Source of the DNA: Eledone cirrhosa
Taxonomy: Eukaryota
Assembly (NCBI GenBank): GCA_964016885.1
Contig: OZ024743.1
Coordinates: forward strand, 200,756,001-200,820,000
Length of the DNA stretch: 64,000 bases
Direction: 5' to 3'
Shown: piece by piece, positions 25,141 to 37,945 of the stretch
Layout of the letters: each line of letters starts with the position of its first letter
Numbering within the stretch: position 1 is the first letter of the stretch
Translations under genes and position numbers: made by a program
The notes under the pieces: generated by a model
What the model saw: the letters and a program-made list of their open reading frames with translations, nothing else
What the model was told of the DNA's origin: nothing
Database searches by the model: none

Positions 25141-28100
25141 ATGGCCAATATAAGAGTTGGATGTGTGAACGTACGCGGCCTGGGGATGCCCTGGAAACAG
25201 GGCAAACTCTTAAACGACCTCAGGTCGCACAGTTTGGATGTGGTAGCCATTTGCGAGTCCAGGATCCACGGCGAGCGACAGCTGGCCCCCATCTTCGATG
25301 ACTTTGAGATCTACGCATCTCTCTGTCAACCGGGGGGTGGGGGCGGAGTTGCCGTTTTGCTGCGGAAACACCTGGGCCTCGTAACACAGACGGTACATCT
25401 GGACCCGGAGGGTCGACTGGTGGTCCTAGACGTTGACGGTAGTGAAGGTGGAGCGTTCAGGCTGGTGGCCGCATATGCCCCATCCGGGACACCGCGGCCA
25501 GACTTCTTCAAACGTCTAGAGACTTTTCTGGGAACGTCCCGCTCCTTGCTTTTAGTGGGGGACTGGAATGGAATCCTAGATGCACGTTGGGACTATGTGG
25601 GAGCATGTCCCGATAAAGGGGGGTGTAACAGCCTCAAACAGTTAATCGACCGATTTGACCTGGCCGATAGATATCGACTAGATTTTCCGACTGCGCCACT
25701 GTGGACGTGGAGTAATCGTAGCGGAACATCTAGATCGTACCTAGATAGGGTTCTAGTTAGAAATAAGGATAGGGACATGTTAAGCTGTCCACAAATGTTC
25801 ATGGTTGCCTATTCAGATCACAAACTAGTGACCTGCATGGCCAACCTTGATAGAACCCATAGACAAGGACCCGGCTACTGGAAGCTGAACTTGTCGTTAC
25901 CGACAAGCAAAGCCTACAGTAGACGGATTAGCACTTTAGTTAAACAGCACTTGACAGGGGCCATTGTCAACAACAGATGGTGGTACTCTCTCAAGAGGGC
26001 AGTTAGATTAGACTCGATAGTTTTTAGTAAAGAATTAGCGTTAGATAGAAATAGAACCGAGAAGGAACTGGTAGATAAAGTAGAAGAGGCTATTAGAAGT
26101 GGCAACGTAGCCAGCGTGCTAGCAACGAGAACGGCCTTGGACCAGTTCTTCGACGCAAAGCACGAGGGCTGCGTTGTCAGAAGCAAAATACGTGCTCTGG
26201 GAAACGAGGGAGCCAAAGCTGTTAGCTGGGCCCGAGTGACGGAGGCAAAAAGTGGCAACAAGTCCACGATTCGGTCTTTGAAGGACCAAAACGGACGCGT
26301 GATACGTGAGCCGAAGCAGATGTGTGCGGCTTTTCAGCGGCACTTTGCTCGGCTGTTCGGGGGGAGCGGCGCGCCGGGAGAGGCTATGGATTTCGGTCCA
26401 TACCTCGACGGCCTACCGCGACTCTCGGACAGCGAGGCGAAGTTCTGCGAAAAGCCGATTTCAGCCACTGAGATAGGGGACGCGCTGAGCCAATGCGGCA
26501 AACGCAAATCTCCAGGTCTCGACGGTCTACCCTACGAATTTTACGTAGCAATGCCGGACTTATTCTCCGGTCTCCTGGAAGCGGTCTACTGCAACTGGCA
26601 ACAGAACGGGAGAATTCCCAATTCTGTAACCGGGGGCGTGGTCACACTAATCAGGAAGGACGAGAATAAGGGGGATGACATAGGCAACTTCCGGCCCATA
26701 ACTCTGCTAAACACAGAGTTACAGATTTTGGCCAAGGTGTTGGCAAAGAGGCTGGCGCTTGTCGTCGAGAACCTGGTGGGAGAAGCGCAGACATGCGCGA
26801 TCCCGACCAGGTCCATACACGACAACCTCCACCTCATGCGATACATCATAGAGAGGGTAGGGTGTAAACCCGGCTTCGGTGGGGCCCTGATCAACTTGGA
26901 TCAGTCTAAGGCTTTCGATAGGGTTGACCATCGTTACCTGGATGCGGTGCTCGAGGCGGCAGGCTTCGGACCCGTGTTCAGGGGCTGGATTGCTGCAATG
27001 CACAACAGCAACATCTGCTCAAGGGTCAAGGTGAACGGTTACCTCTCGGAGCCGTTCCATATTACGCGATCCATTCGACAGGGATGCCCTCTCTCCTCCC
27101 TTCTGTACGTACTGACTCTCGAGCCACTACTGCGGAAGCTGGAGCTATTGCAGGGCATCCCTCTGGAACCGGGACTGCGGAAAGCGGCGTCGGCCTACGC
27201 CGACGACGTGACAGTAATGGTGTCGAGCGCCTCGCAAATCGAGGAAGTCGGCACCTTACTAAAGGAATACGAAAGTCTCACAGGAGCGAAGCTGAACCGG
27301 GACAAGTCCATCGGTTTGCAACTCGGATCGTGGAGAGGCAGACCGATGCCTTCCGATGGCGTCGTCGGACGCTGGACGGAAGGACCGGTAAAGCTGCTCG
27401 GGGTCTGGTTTGGTCCGGACCTCCAGGTGGAGAAGAACTGGAACGAAGTGACGGCCAAGGTGTTTGCACTCACCCAGAAGTGGGCCGAGTGCAAACTATC
27501 CTTGAAAGGTCGAGCGGAGGTGGCGAACACTTTTATAGCGTCCGCCATCTACTACCGCTTGACCGTCGTGCCTTGTCCAGCCAAAACGCTCGCCAAAATG
27601 GAGCGCGCCCTCTTCCGATTCCTTTGGAAGAGGCGGGCTCCTTTGGTAAGAAGATCCATCTGCTGCCAACACCCTTCTAACGGAGGGCTGGGGATGCCGT
27701 GGTTGACGATGCGCAAACACGCGCTCAGGCTGCGGCATCTCTACGTATTCCTCACCGGACAACCGGTGTGGGCCCCGTTCGTGAGGCGAGCCTTCCCACG
27801 ACTCGTCTCGCTGACCGAGCTGCAGTCCTGGGTCAAGCAGAGACCGAGGAAAATGGGCGACTGGCACATCGAATGTGCTCAGGCGCTCACAGCCCTCTGG
27901 CAGGCGGACCCGGCGATCAGTGGAGACTCCACTTCGTCATTCTATAGAGGGTTGGTCCGCAGCAAGTGCGACGACGCGCTCGGTGAAACTCTAGGCGTGG
28001 AGGAAGATGAACTGGCCAGTCTGTTCGGTAGGACCTTCCGCCCGGGACCGATGGACAACTTCCAAAAGTCCCTGGCCTGGCAGTGCTACCGAGGAGCTCT

Positions 28101-28578
28101 ACCAGTTCGAGACAAGCTCTACAGACATGGGCGCCCGGGCAGGGACCCTGCAAAAAAGATCTGTCCGAGGTGCGTGCGAGACGAAGAAACCGTCGCGCAC
28201 GCATTCATACACTGCCCGGGCGTCACTGACCTGTGGGGCTATGTGGAACGACTATTGTCGCGGGTGGGACCAATCCAGTTGACCACCGAGTCCATTGTCA
28301 TGATCAAACCGCCACCCTCCTTCAAAAACGAAGGAGAGGCGGTTTTCCTTTGTGTGATAGCTATGGCGAAAGAGGTTGTATGGTGGACAAGGTTGAAAGG
28401 GCTGAGGTCAGACACCTTTCTCTCCGGCCAACAACTGATTCTTTTTTTCAAATACCACTTTGGAAGAAGAATCAGGATGGAGAGAGAGGTGCTGTACCCC
28501 AGCAAGTTTTATGAAAGGTGGGTGAAAGTGGCGAGAATGGCCCGGGTGAATGGGCCTTCTCTCTATATCAGCCTGTAG
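25141..28578 (+). CDS. LINE ORF2: APE endonuclease, reverse transcriptase, C-terminal zinc finger, 1145 aa
   Basis: NVRGL, GDWNG, SYLDRV, SDH (APE); GYWKLN (Tx1/L1); KSPGLDG, RPITLLN, LDQSKAFDRV, RQGCPLS, YADD (RT); CPRCVRDEETVAHAFIHC. Confidence 0.97.
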   Translation: MANIRVGCVNVRGLGMPWKQGKLLNDLRSHSLDVVAICESRIHGERQLAPIFDDFEIYASLCQPGGGGGVAVLLRKHLGLVTQTVHLDPEGRLVVLDVDGSEGGAFRLVAAYAPSGTPRPDFFKRLETFLGTSRSLLLVGDWNGILDARWDYVGACPDKGGCNSLKQLIDRFDLADRYRLDFPTAPLWTWSNRSGTSRSYLDRVLVRNKDRDMLSCPQMFMVAYSDHKLVTCMANLDRTHRQGPGYWKLNLSLPTSKAYSRRISTLVKQHLTGAIVNNRWWYSLKRAVRLDSIVFSKELALDRNRTEKELVDKVEEAIRSGNVASVLATRTALDQFFDAKHEGCVVRSKIRALGNEGAKAVSWARVTEAKSGNKSTIRSLKDQNGRVIREPKQMCAAFQRHFARLFGGSGAPGEAMDFGPYLDGLPRLSDSEAKFCEKPISATEIGDALSQCGKRKSPGLDGLPYEFYVAMPDLFSGLLEAVYCNWQQNGRIPNSVTGGVVTLIRKDENKGDDIGNFRPITLLNTELQILAKVLAKRLALVVENLVGEAQTCAIPTRSIHDNLHLMRYIIERVGCKPGFGGALINLDQSKAFDRVDHRYLDAVLEAAGFGPVFRGWIAAMHNSNICSRVKVNGYLSEPFHITRSIRQGCPLSSLLYVLTLEPLLRKLELLQGIPLEPGLRKAASAYADDVTVMVSSASQIEEVGTLLKEYESLTGAKLNRDKSIGLQLGSWRGRPMPSDGVVGRWTEGPVKLLGVWFGPDLQVEKNWNEVTAKVFALTQKWAECKLSLKGRAEVANTFIASAIYYRLTVVPCPAKTLAKMERALFRFLWKRRAPLVRRSICCQHPSNGGLGMPWLTMRKHALRLRHLYVFLTGQPVWAPFVRRAFPRLVSLTELQSWVKQRPRKMGDWHIECAQALTALWQADPAISGDSTSSFYRGLVRSKCDDALGETLGVEEDELASLFGRTFRPGPMDNFQKSLAWQCYRGALPVRDKLYRHGRPGRDPAKKICPRCVRDEETVAHAFIHCPGVTDLWGYVERLLSRVGPIQLTTESIVMIKPPPSFKNEGEAVFLCVIAMAKEVVWWTRLKGLRSDTFLSGQQLILFFKYHFGRRIRMEREVLYPSKFYERWVKVARMARVNGPSLYISL

Positions 28579-28814
28579 GTTGAGGAAAAGGAGGAGGAGA
28601 GGAAAGGAGTACAAGCTCTTCGTACTCCTGGAGATGAGGGTTGCACATTTTTTTCGGGGGTCTGTGTTACCCATATAAACTGTCTCCCTCTATTGGGGAA
28701 AATCGACTAACTTTTAAATTCCATCTGTGATAACATTTTACACGTTTTTATTGTATGTAAACTTCCCCCTTTGTATTTGTCCCCTTCTTTTGTGCCCCTG
28801 TGGCTAATAAAGAA

Positions 28815-28892
<78 letters not shown>

Positions 28893-29049
28893 GTAGGAGG
28901 TGAGTTTTATTGTAGTACAATAAAGCAATGCAGATATCGGATAAGAAGCACTCTACGGTTTGTAGGACTGGAGTATACATAATATATAAGATCAAAAGAT
29001 GGTTAAAAGAGTTCCATGTATTTTATTATGCGCATTTCATTCCTCCCAA

Positions 29050-30896
29050 GAACTCCGAGGATAAATCTCAAGGATCACAAAAAACTTTTTGCACTGAACT
29101 ACCTGTTAGATTAATCGCCCCCTCTAAATCAGATCTGGGGTTGTTAGTAAAGCCATCTTGGATAGAATTATCCCACAGGTTCGTTCTAATTGCTCTTCTT
29201 TGAACTTAAATTTATGGTTTGGTACTTCTGAAGTGATGGGCTGGTTCAACAAATTGAATAATAAAAACAAACTAAAATTTGTTCAATTTGATATTGCCAG
29301 CTACTATTCTTCTATTTCGCCTTCACTTCTCAACAATGCTCTATCTTTCGCATTTAAATATTCTGACATCACCACAGATGAACTTCACATCATTCTCACC
29401 GCACGTAAAACCATCCTTGAGTTCAACAATGAATATTGGACCAGAGCTGATACCTCTAACAACTTTGACATCACAATGGGAGCATCCGATTCATCCCAAT
29501 TGACAGATTTAATTGGTATCTTTATTTTGAACTCTTTGAGTCGGAAAATTCCTCAACTTCGCGGTGGAATTTATCGTGACGATGGACTCTTTACTATCTT
29601 AAATTGCAACATAGTTAACCTTAATATTATTAAGAACAATATACGTAATCTCTTTAACCAACATAACCTAAAAATTGAATTTGATAACAGCATCAAACTA
29701 GCTAATTTCTTGGATGTATCTCTTAATCTTGACACTGGCCTATATTACCCTTACCATAAAAACAATGAGAACCTAAATTATGTTAATTTTAAATCTAACC
29801 ACCCTACTAATATTAAGAATGCTATAGTTAGTAATATTGGAAAAAGAATATCTAACCTATCTTCTAATAAAAACATATTTGATGCTAACGCCAATTACTA
29901 TAATAACGCGCTTTCTAAAGCCGGCTATCCTGATAAAATCAAATATAATAAAGAAACAAATTCTAGAAGATCTTACAGTAGAATAATTAATCATGATCAT
30001 TCCAATAACTTTAATAAAAGACCTAGATACAAAAACATAATCTGGTATAATGCTCCTTTCTCCATCTCTATTAATAATAATATTCCTAAATTATTCTTTA
30101 GTGCCTTAAATAAATGCTTCCCTCCCTCACATATCTATAGTAAAATATTTAACAAACACACTATAACATTTTCCTATTCGACCTCCTCCAACATTTCCAA
30201 CATTATCTCTAAACACAACAATAAAATACTAAATACTAAATCTCTTCCTTCCAACACTGAATATCATAATAATAGTAATAGTACTCCCGACGTCATTGTA
30301 AACTCTAGGCTAATTTCTGCAAACCCAAATACAACGTCAAACACAACTTCGCTAAATGTTCTTAATCCCATTCTAAATCAAGAAACTATTATTCCTATCG
30401 CAAATAACTTCTCCAATCCAATTCCTTCTATAGATAACACTAGGTCACTCGTTAATAATCTCTCTAATCGCAATTGCAATTGCCCTGCTAAAAATAAATG
30501 TCCTCTCAACAACCATTGTCTTGATAAAACTTAATCTACGAATGTAAAGTTATAACTGACACCAATTCCTTCACCTATTTTGGCTCCACTTCCACCTCCT
30601 TTAAAGCTCGTCTTTATAATCATCATTCGTCTTTTAAATACCAACTTAAAAGAACCAACACGGCTCTCTCAGAACTCATATGGTCCTTGAAAGACAAAAA
30701 TATTAAATATAACATCTCTTGGAAAAAGGTTTCTTCTGCGTCCTTGAACAGTTCTCTATCCAAGACTTGCAATCTCTGTATAAATGAAAAATTTACCATT
30801 ATATCTAATTTAGATTCTATAATAAATAGACGCACTGACTTGTTTTCTCTCTGCTTGCATAAATTCCACAGAACATTCCATAAAGTATACAGCTAA
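29050..30896 (+). pseudogene. Penelope RT-GIY-YIG ORF broken by three frameshifts
   Basis: INLKDHK / LPVRLIAPSKSDLG / VSKAILDRI...FDIASYYSSI, MGASDS, YRDD, FLDV, CNCPAKNKCPLNNHC / LIYECKV..YFGST..FKARLYNH..CNLCINEK; shifts near 29085, 29141, 30528. Confidence 0.9.
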
Positions 30897-31337
30897 TATC
30901 CTAAACTTTATCAATTCAGAATCCTTTTCTCAAAGGCACACATATATATATACTTCTTTAAAAATATACACATCTTTCTACCTTATTTCAAAGTTATTTA
31001 TTATACACTATATAATACTTGTTACTCATTCTATATCACTCCTATTTATCACTTCCCTTTCTTCCTTTTCCTTTTCTTTTCTTTTTCTTTTAATTTCTAA
31101 CCCCTAATCTGTACCTTTTCTCACTGTACCTAACATAGAAACAATTATTACACAATACAATATATTCTTACTTTATATCACCTTGAAAAAATCCTTCGTA
31201 AACATAAACATTTTTTTTGACGTTAGATTATTCATCCTCTATTCATTATTTTTTTCTCACTTTCATCTAACTTATTCATGCTCATCTCACAATATATCCT
31301 TACTTACATTACTTTTGTTTTTTTAATAATACGTATC

Positions 31338-31500
31338 AACATTTTCTTTCCATCGCACATATTATTAAACCCTTAAATATTATTCTTAATACATATTAAC
31401 ATTTTCTTTCCATCGCACATATTATTAAACCCTTAAATATTATTCTTAATACATATTAACAATTTCTTTTCATCGCACATATTATTAAACCCTTCAATAT
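31338..31500. repeat. 60-bp tandem repeat (about 2.7 units) in the Penelope 3'UTR
   Basis: aacattttctttccatcgcacatattattaaaccctt recurs every 60 bp. Confidence 0.9.
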
Positions 31501-31845
31501 ACAAACCTTAACTTTACATTATTTTTCTCTTCGTTAATTTTCAAATTCTTTTAATTTATACATTATCTTCCAACGGTTTTTCAACCTCTCTATGTAAAAC
31601 AATATATTTTTCTCAGTTATAAAAGCTATCTTTCTCTCTCTATCACCCATCTCTCCTCCTATCTCACCCTTCCTCATTATACTCCTCCCCGTCCACTTTT
31701 TACTCTCATCTCCTCCCCTTTTTCACCCCCCCCCCTCAACATTTTTTTGCCCCCAATTTCACACATCAATCTAAAACTACTTCTCATATGTTGATTTAAA
31801 ACTGCACTATCCACAAGTGTTTTTAACCTTCATATCATGTCTTCC

Positions 31846-31916
31846 TATTTTATCTGATGAAAACACAAATGTTATTGCATGATGATATTTGTTTTTGAAA
31901 TGCGCATAATAAAATA
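31846..31916 (+). ncRNA. Type I hammerhead ribozyme of the Penelope pLTR
   Basis: tattttat CTGATGA [aaacacaaatgttatt-gcat-gatgatatttgttttt] GAAAT GCGC ATA ataaaata; 8-bp stem I, palindromic ATGCGCAT; predicted cut after 31908. Confidence 0.9.
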
Positions 31917-31952
31917 CATGGAACTCTTTTAACCATCTTTTGATCTTATATA

Positions 31953-32054
<102 letters not shown>

Positions 32055-32321
32055 AACAAACATACGTTGTCATTCTACTGACATGGCTTTAAAGAGGCTG
32101 TTTGCATGATTGCAAACAAATCAAATATTATTAGTAATATATATATATATATATATATTATATAAAAAGACAAACACAACTACATATGTTTACACATGCA
32201 TATATAACTCTCTGTGTAAATGTATGTCCCTATATAAATGTATATATGTATTTATATGTTGATGTGTGTGTGTGTCTGAGCGTGCGTGGATATGTTTATA
32301 TACATATGTATCTGTATGTGA

Positions 32322-32398
<77 letters not shown>

Positions 32399-32906
32399 GA
32401 CTGAAAAATGTCTGGCATGCCATTGACGAAATTCCATTGGAGGAGTAGTTAGAAAGTAAGAATGGGGGAAGGAACGCATAATTTCTTTGACAAGCAGACA
32501 TCGTCTGAAGACAATGGCATTTTTTTAAAGACTAGCCTGCTGCTCTACAAAACACATACACAAGCATATGCACTTGCGATTGCAGAACGATATTGGGAGT
32601 TAAGCATTTTCAGGAAAAGAGTTGATATACTAATATATAACAAACATGGTCATACATACTACATATATATACATATATATATATATATAAATGGCTTCCA
32701 CAGGACTAGAATTGTTTCATTCGGGATAAATCATCAGGATTTCTATATATAAAAAATATATATATATATATAAATAGAAAAAACGAGGAAGTTTCGAATA
32801 TTAATAATAATATTCGATTCGTTTGCAATTATGCAAACAGCCTCCTTTTTAAAGCCATGTCAGTAGAATGAGCCCCTCATTCTACTCTTGTGTTGGCATG
32901 TAAACA

Positions 32907-32956
32907 GAACTGCAGATACTAATGTTTCTGGGTATCACTCTTCATCAGTACAGTTC
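32907..32956 (-). ncRNA. Hammerhead motif inside fold-back complex 32780-33252
   Basis: gaactgta CTGATGA agagtgataccca GAAAC ATTA GTA tc tgcagttc. Confidence 0.65.
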
Positions 32957-33144
32957 ACTGTTCAATTGCCAACTGTCAGAGCTGTTTCTAAAACATACAG
33001 TAACTGATTTGCATATTAGCAGAAGATCAGCCTGATTTGCATATCAGCAGCATAATTGCAAACGAATCGAAGATTATTATTAATATTCAAAAAACTCAGA
33101 TTGCATTTATTATATTCATGTAGAGCGACCATGTTTTAAAATTC

Positions 33145-33202
<58 letters not shown>

Positions 33203-33251
33203 GAATTTTAAAACATGGTCGCTCTACATGAATACAATAAATGCAATCTGA

Positions 33252-33351
<100 letters not shown>

Positions 33352-33924
33352 TATATTTGACAATATACCGTATGTTTAATTAAAAACATTTTGAAGACCT
33401 TGCGCTATCATTTTTAAAGTAGTGACTATGTCACTTACTTCTTTTTTCGGCAAAAGAAGGGAGAGAAGCTGACAGATTCTGTTTCACACTGTTGGTGATC
33501 CTCAGAGCATCGTACTCCCCGCCTTTGCCGAAAATTATAGAGGCTGAAGACCCAGTGGTAGACTCCAAGCAAGATGGTTGGATAACATCCAAGAGCTTGG
33601 CTGGTCTTGATAGGGGATCCAGCAGGGTCCGTTGGAGACGGTTGCTTTTGACAGGACCTGTTAGAAGGAATGTTTGAGGACTCTGCCCCTACGACCCTCT
33701 CAAAAATAAGTGGTGGTAGAAGAAGAAAAAAAAAGAAAAAAAGAAGAAGAAAAAGAAGAAGAAGGGGAATGTTGGATATGTCGATGCAGTACTTGACTAT
33801 ATTTTAATGACCTCTACAAGGATGAAAATCAAAGTTGACCCCGGTAAGACATGAACCCAGAATGTAAAGAACCAGAACAAATACCGCCATGTCAAATTAT
33901 CAAATTCCCTCAATCCACCACCCT

Positions 33925-34125
33925 TAATGATTTCCAGTATAGGCAGAAGGCCAGTAATAGTAATTTAGGGGGAGAGGAGAAAGTCGATTAAATCGACCCA
34001 GTACGTTACTGGTACTTTATTTTAGCGACCCCGTAAGGATGAAAGGCAAAGTTAACCTCGGCGGGATTTGAACTCAGAACGTAAAGGGCCATAACTATGC
34101 TGCAAAGCATGGCCTCTGACGCTCA
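33925..34125 (-). mobile_element. SINE family A (others: 39393-39584 -, 47432-47624 +, 51592-51783 +, 54533-54750 -)
   Basis: Family A boxes and central domain. Confidence 0.85.
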
Positions 34126-34427
34126 ACGCAGCATTATTCATGTTTATTTACAAGACTTAATACTTAATATTTATAAACAGATAAAAAGACGGAAAAAAAG
34201 AAAGAAAAAAGTAAGGAAAAAAGAGAGAGAAGGGAACATGAGAGAGAGAGGGTTGTGGGAGGTAGAGGTGTAAAAAAGAAGAAGAAGAAGAATCTATTTT
34301 TTAACAATGTCTTTTACTATTCTTGCTTATCCAACCATCTTTGTTGAAGATGGATTTTCAATGTCTGATAACAGATTCTTTCTCCCCTCTACCAACTATA
34401 GATTCTTAAACTTTATCTACTCCTACA

Positions 34428-34486
<59 letters not shown>

Positions 34487-34574
34487 ATATATATATATAT
34501 ATATTACACTATATATATATGTAAATATATATATATATATATATACATATTATATATATATAAATTTTGGTACC

Positions 34575-34765
34575 CTTGAAATATATATAATAGAATAAAT
34601 ATGGTTTTATAAATATAGTTTCCATTTATCATTGCATATTATACTCCAGAAAACTTGTTGAGTGCTCTTAATCAGTTATAAACATTTATATTTGTTGAAT
34701 TACCAACAAATTGAATATCACTTCTGCTTATATATATATACATGTATATATATACATATATATAT

Positions 34766-34833
<68 letters not shown>

Positions 34834-35119
34834 TACAGGACTAGAACTGTTTCATTCTTTAGAAATCATCAGGAATCAACAGTTCTAGTCCTGTAGAATC
34901 TCATCTATATTAAAACTTTTATACTCTGCTATGTATTGATTACCTTACTTACTGTGGTTACCTCCGATTCAACCCGGAATAACGTATATTTAAATTGTTG
35001 GGATACAACAAGCAAATATTTTTATAACTGATATAAAGCACTCAACGAATATTTGGAGTAAAAATACGATATTAACAAATGGAAACTATATTTATAAAAC
35101 CATATTTATTTCATTATAC

Positions 35120-35120
<1 letters not shown>
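34575..35120. mobile_element. Nested fold-back elements
   Basis: Diverged arms ~34575-34720/34985-35120 enclose (TA)n and a family 1 hammerhead fold-back (34831-34985). Confidence 0.75.
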
Positions 35121-35194
<74 letters not shown>

Positions 35195-35944
35195 CTTCCT
35201 CGCTCATTCAATGTGGCTCTTCTTAATTTTTTTCTCCCCCACATACACTTATTCACATTTATACACTAACACACACTTCAAATAAAAAGTAAGAAGCACT
35301 GCCGGAAGAAATGTCATGTTATTTTGGTTGATGTTGATACTAAATATGTGTCAATTGAGTGGTGGCGACGGCGACAGTGTTGGTGGTGGTGGTGGTGCCG
35401 ATGGTGGTGGTGGTGCTGCAAGGTGTTGTCATGGTGGTGGTGGTGGTGACGTGAGGGTTGATGGTGGTGGTGCGAGAAGTTGTGCTGGTGGTTGTGCGAG
35501 AAGTTGTGGTGTTGTTGGTTGTGGTGATGGTGGGTATGCTGCAAGGTGGTGTTGGTGGTGTTGGTGCCACAAGGTGTTGTTTTCATGGTGGTGGTGGTAG
35601 CGTGAAGGTTTGTGATGGTGATGGTGCAAGAGAGTATGATGACGGTGGTAATGATGTTGGTCCCGGCGCTGGTACGAGGGTTTATGGAATCACTGCAAGG
35701 TTAGAGGTGGTGAGAAGTATTTAGACGTAAGAAAAAAGACTGATACAAAAAACAAAAGCTTCTTTGGGTCTTGTAGAACCAAACAAAAAACTCAATTGTC
35801 CTAGAATCATAAGTATAGGCAGTGTTTTTGACATGTTTTTGGCTTTTCCTCTTGGCAAACTCTGTGGTATATTTATATCATAGTCTGTATGAAATGGAGA
35901 GGTGGGTAATTATTCGAAAAGATGAGGTGAAATGAAATATGTGC

Positions 35945-36015
<71 letters not shown>

Positions 36016-36036
36016 TATATATATATATATACATAT

Positions 36037-36083
<47 letters not shown>

Positions 36084-36225
36084 TATATATACACACACAC
36101 ACACACATACACATACACACACACACACACATATATATATACATATATACATACACATACATATATATGTGCGTGTGTGTAATTGTGTGAGTGTGAATGT
36201 GTATCAACCGGTAAATTTGAAAATT

Positions 36226-36410
36226 GGAAATTTATTTGCTTTTATTATGAGAAGCCGCCACAATAAGGACTGTACTATAGTGGAATAAATCCTTGCAAAC
36301 GGAGAAAAGGTGCACCTTTTGTGCATCTTCACGGCTAATTTATCCGAATTATTCAACTATTTTATATATGAATTGTGGCAGCTTCTCATAATATAAGCAA
36401 AAAATATTTC
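36226..36410. repeat. Fold-back with arms of about 38 bp
   Basis: gaaatttatttgcttttattatgagaagccgccacaat / attgtggcagcttctcataatataagcaaaaaatatttc. Confidence 0.75.
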
Positions 36411-36533
36411 ATGTAAATGTAGTTCTCTCAGATGGGCAGGTCCATTTTTCTGTAATTTTTTTGTCGTTGTCATTGTCCCGTGCGCCCCACAGTTTTGTAT
36501 ATATATTTATTTTTTTCTATGTATATATGTGTG

Positions 36534-36564
<31 letters not shown>

Positions 36565-36580
36565 ATATGTGTATATATGC

Positions 36581-36637
<57 letters not shown>

Positions 36638-36667
36638 TTATAATTCTTTTTTTATTTATGTTCATAC

Positions 36668-37025
36668 ACTGAAGCAGGTGGAGAAGTTCAAGTATCTCGG
36701 GGCTGTGTTCACGAGTGATGGAAAGCAGAAGGCTGAACTGTAGGAGCTGGTGCAGTAATACGCCAGCTTCAGCATTCAGTAATCAGAAGAAGGGAGGTAG
36801 GTGTAAAGGCCAAACTCGCTATCTTCTATTGGTACCAACCCTTACCTATAGTAATGAACCTTGAGTAATGAACGAAAGAATACGATCGCGAATACAAGCG
36901 GCTCAAATGAGGGTTCCTCCGAAAGGTCTTTGGAGTAACGTTACTTGATAGAGTACGTAGGTCGGAGATCAGAGAGTTTCTCCAGGTGAGCCGCTACTTC
37001 TCCGAATTGAGAGATCACAGCTCGT
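36668..37025 (+). mobile_element. RTE (Expander/Rex3-like) ORF fragment, degenerate
   Basis: QVEKFKYLGAVFTSDGKQ, VPTLTY, NERIRSRIQAAQMR, PLLLRIERSQL across frameshifts. Confidence 0.85.
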
Positions 37026-37839
37026 ATTAAATGCCTTGGTATTTGTTACAGCTCATTGCACTCTATGTTCAAATTGCGCCGTAATCAAATTTGTATTTCG
37101 TCTTTTCAGAATCGATAAACAAAGTACTACTTCGGAGTGGGAGACACGATGGATTGGCGAATTTGTTTAGAAAGCCAGACAGGCTGATTTGCTGTATCTA
37201 ATCCGGCTATGTGTTATGAGTTCAAATCCACTTTTTCTGCAAAGATTTGTGCCTGACAGATAGTATTGGCAATGGAAACATTGTTTACTTGGTCCGATCT
37301 GATGATCGGTTCTTTTCCTTTCCTTTCATGTGTCTAGACTATCACAGGAAAGCTGATGATGTGAAACTGGCTGTTCTAACAAATGCAATCACCACAAACA
37401 ATCACCTCTACCACCACCATTACTACCACTAATATAATACAATTTATCAGTACCACTACTGTCATCACCATTAGCTCCACCTTCGCTACAATTACCACCA
37501 CCACCACCACCAACATCACCACTAACCACTGTTACCATCATAATTGCCCCAACAATAACTACATCATCACCACCACCACCAATAACACCCTCCTCTTCCG
37601 TCATCACCGTCGTCATTATTTACTCACCACCACCATTGTCACTACCAATACAATTTCCATTACCCACCCTCCATTACCGTCACTATCTACACTCCAACTC
37701 AACCACCACTACCCCCACACGCAGCCATCACTCACCATCACCACCACTACACCCCAACACTACTACTATGACTATATTCATACTATCACCACTACCAACA
37801 ATACCTCACCAAACCAAACCAAACTTAACTGTTTTCAAG

Positions 37840-37884
<45 letters not shown>

Positions 37885-37909
37885 CACACATACACACACT
37901 AACACACAT

Positions 37910-37945
<36 letters not shown>

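Larger units (their letters stand above)
22967..28814 (+). mobile_element. Apparently full-length L1-clade Tx1-like non-LTR retrotransposon flanked by (ATCT)n
   Basis: Starts at Inr-like CAGT; two uninterrupted ORFs; AATAAA at 28806-28811; (ATCT)10 upstream at 22917-22956 and (ATCT)19 downstream at 28815-28890. Confidence 0.93.

Noticed and set aside
27084-27680. 198-aa alternative-frame ORF inside ORF2, and antisense ORFs
   Set aside because: Expected by-product of GC-rich coding sequence; no motifs
30470-30896. Selenocysteine recoding as reported for some Naiad elements
   Set aside because: Cys positions are TGY codons; no in-frame TGA; the break is a frameshift giving TAA
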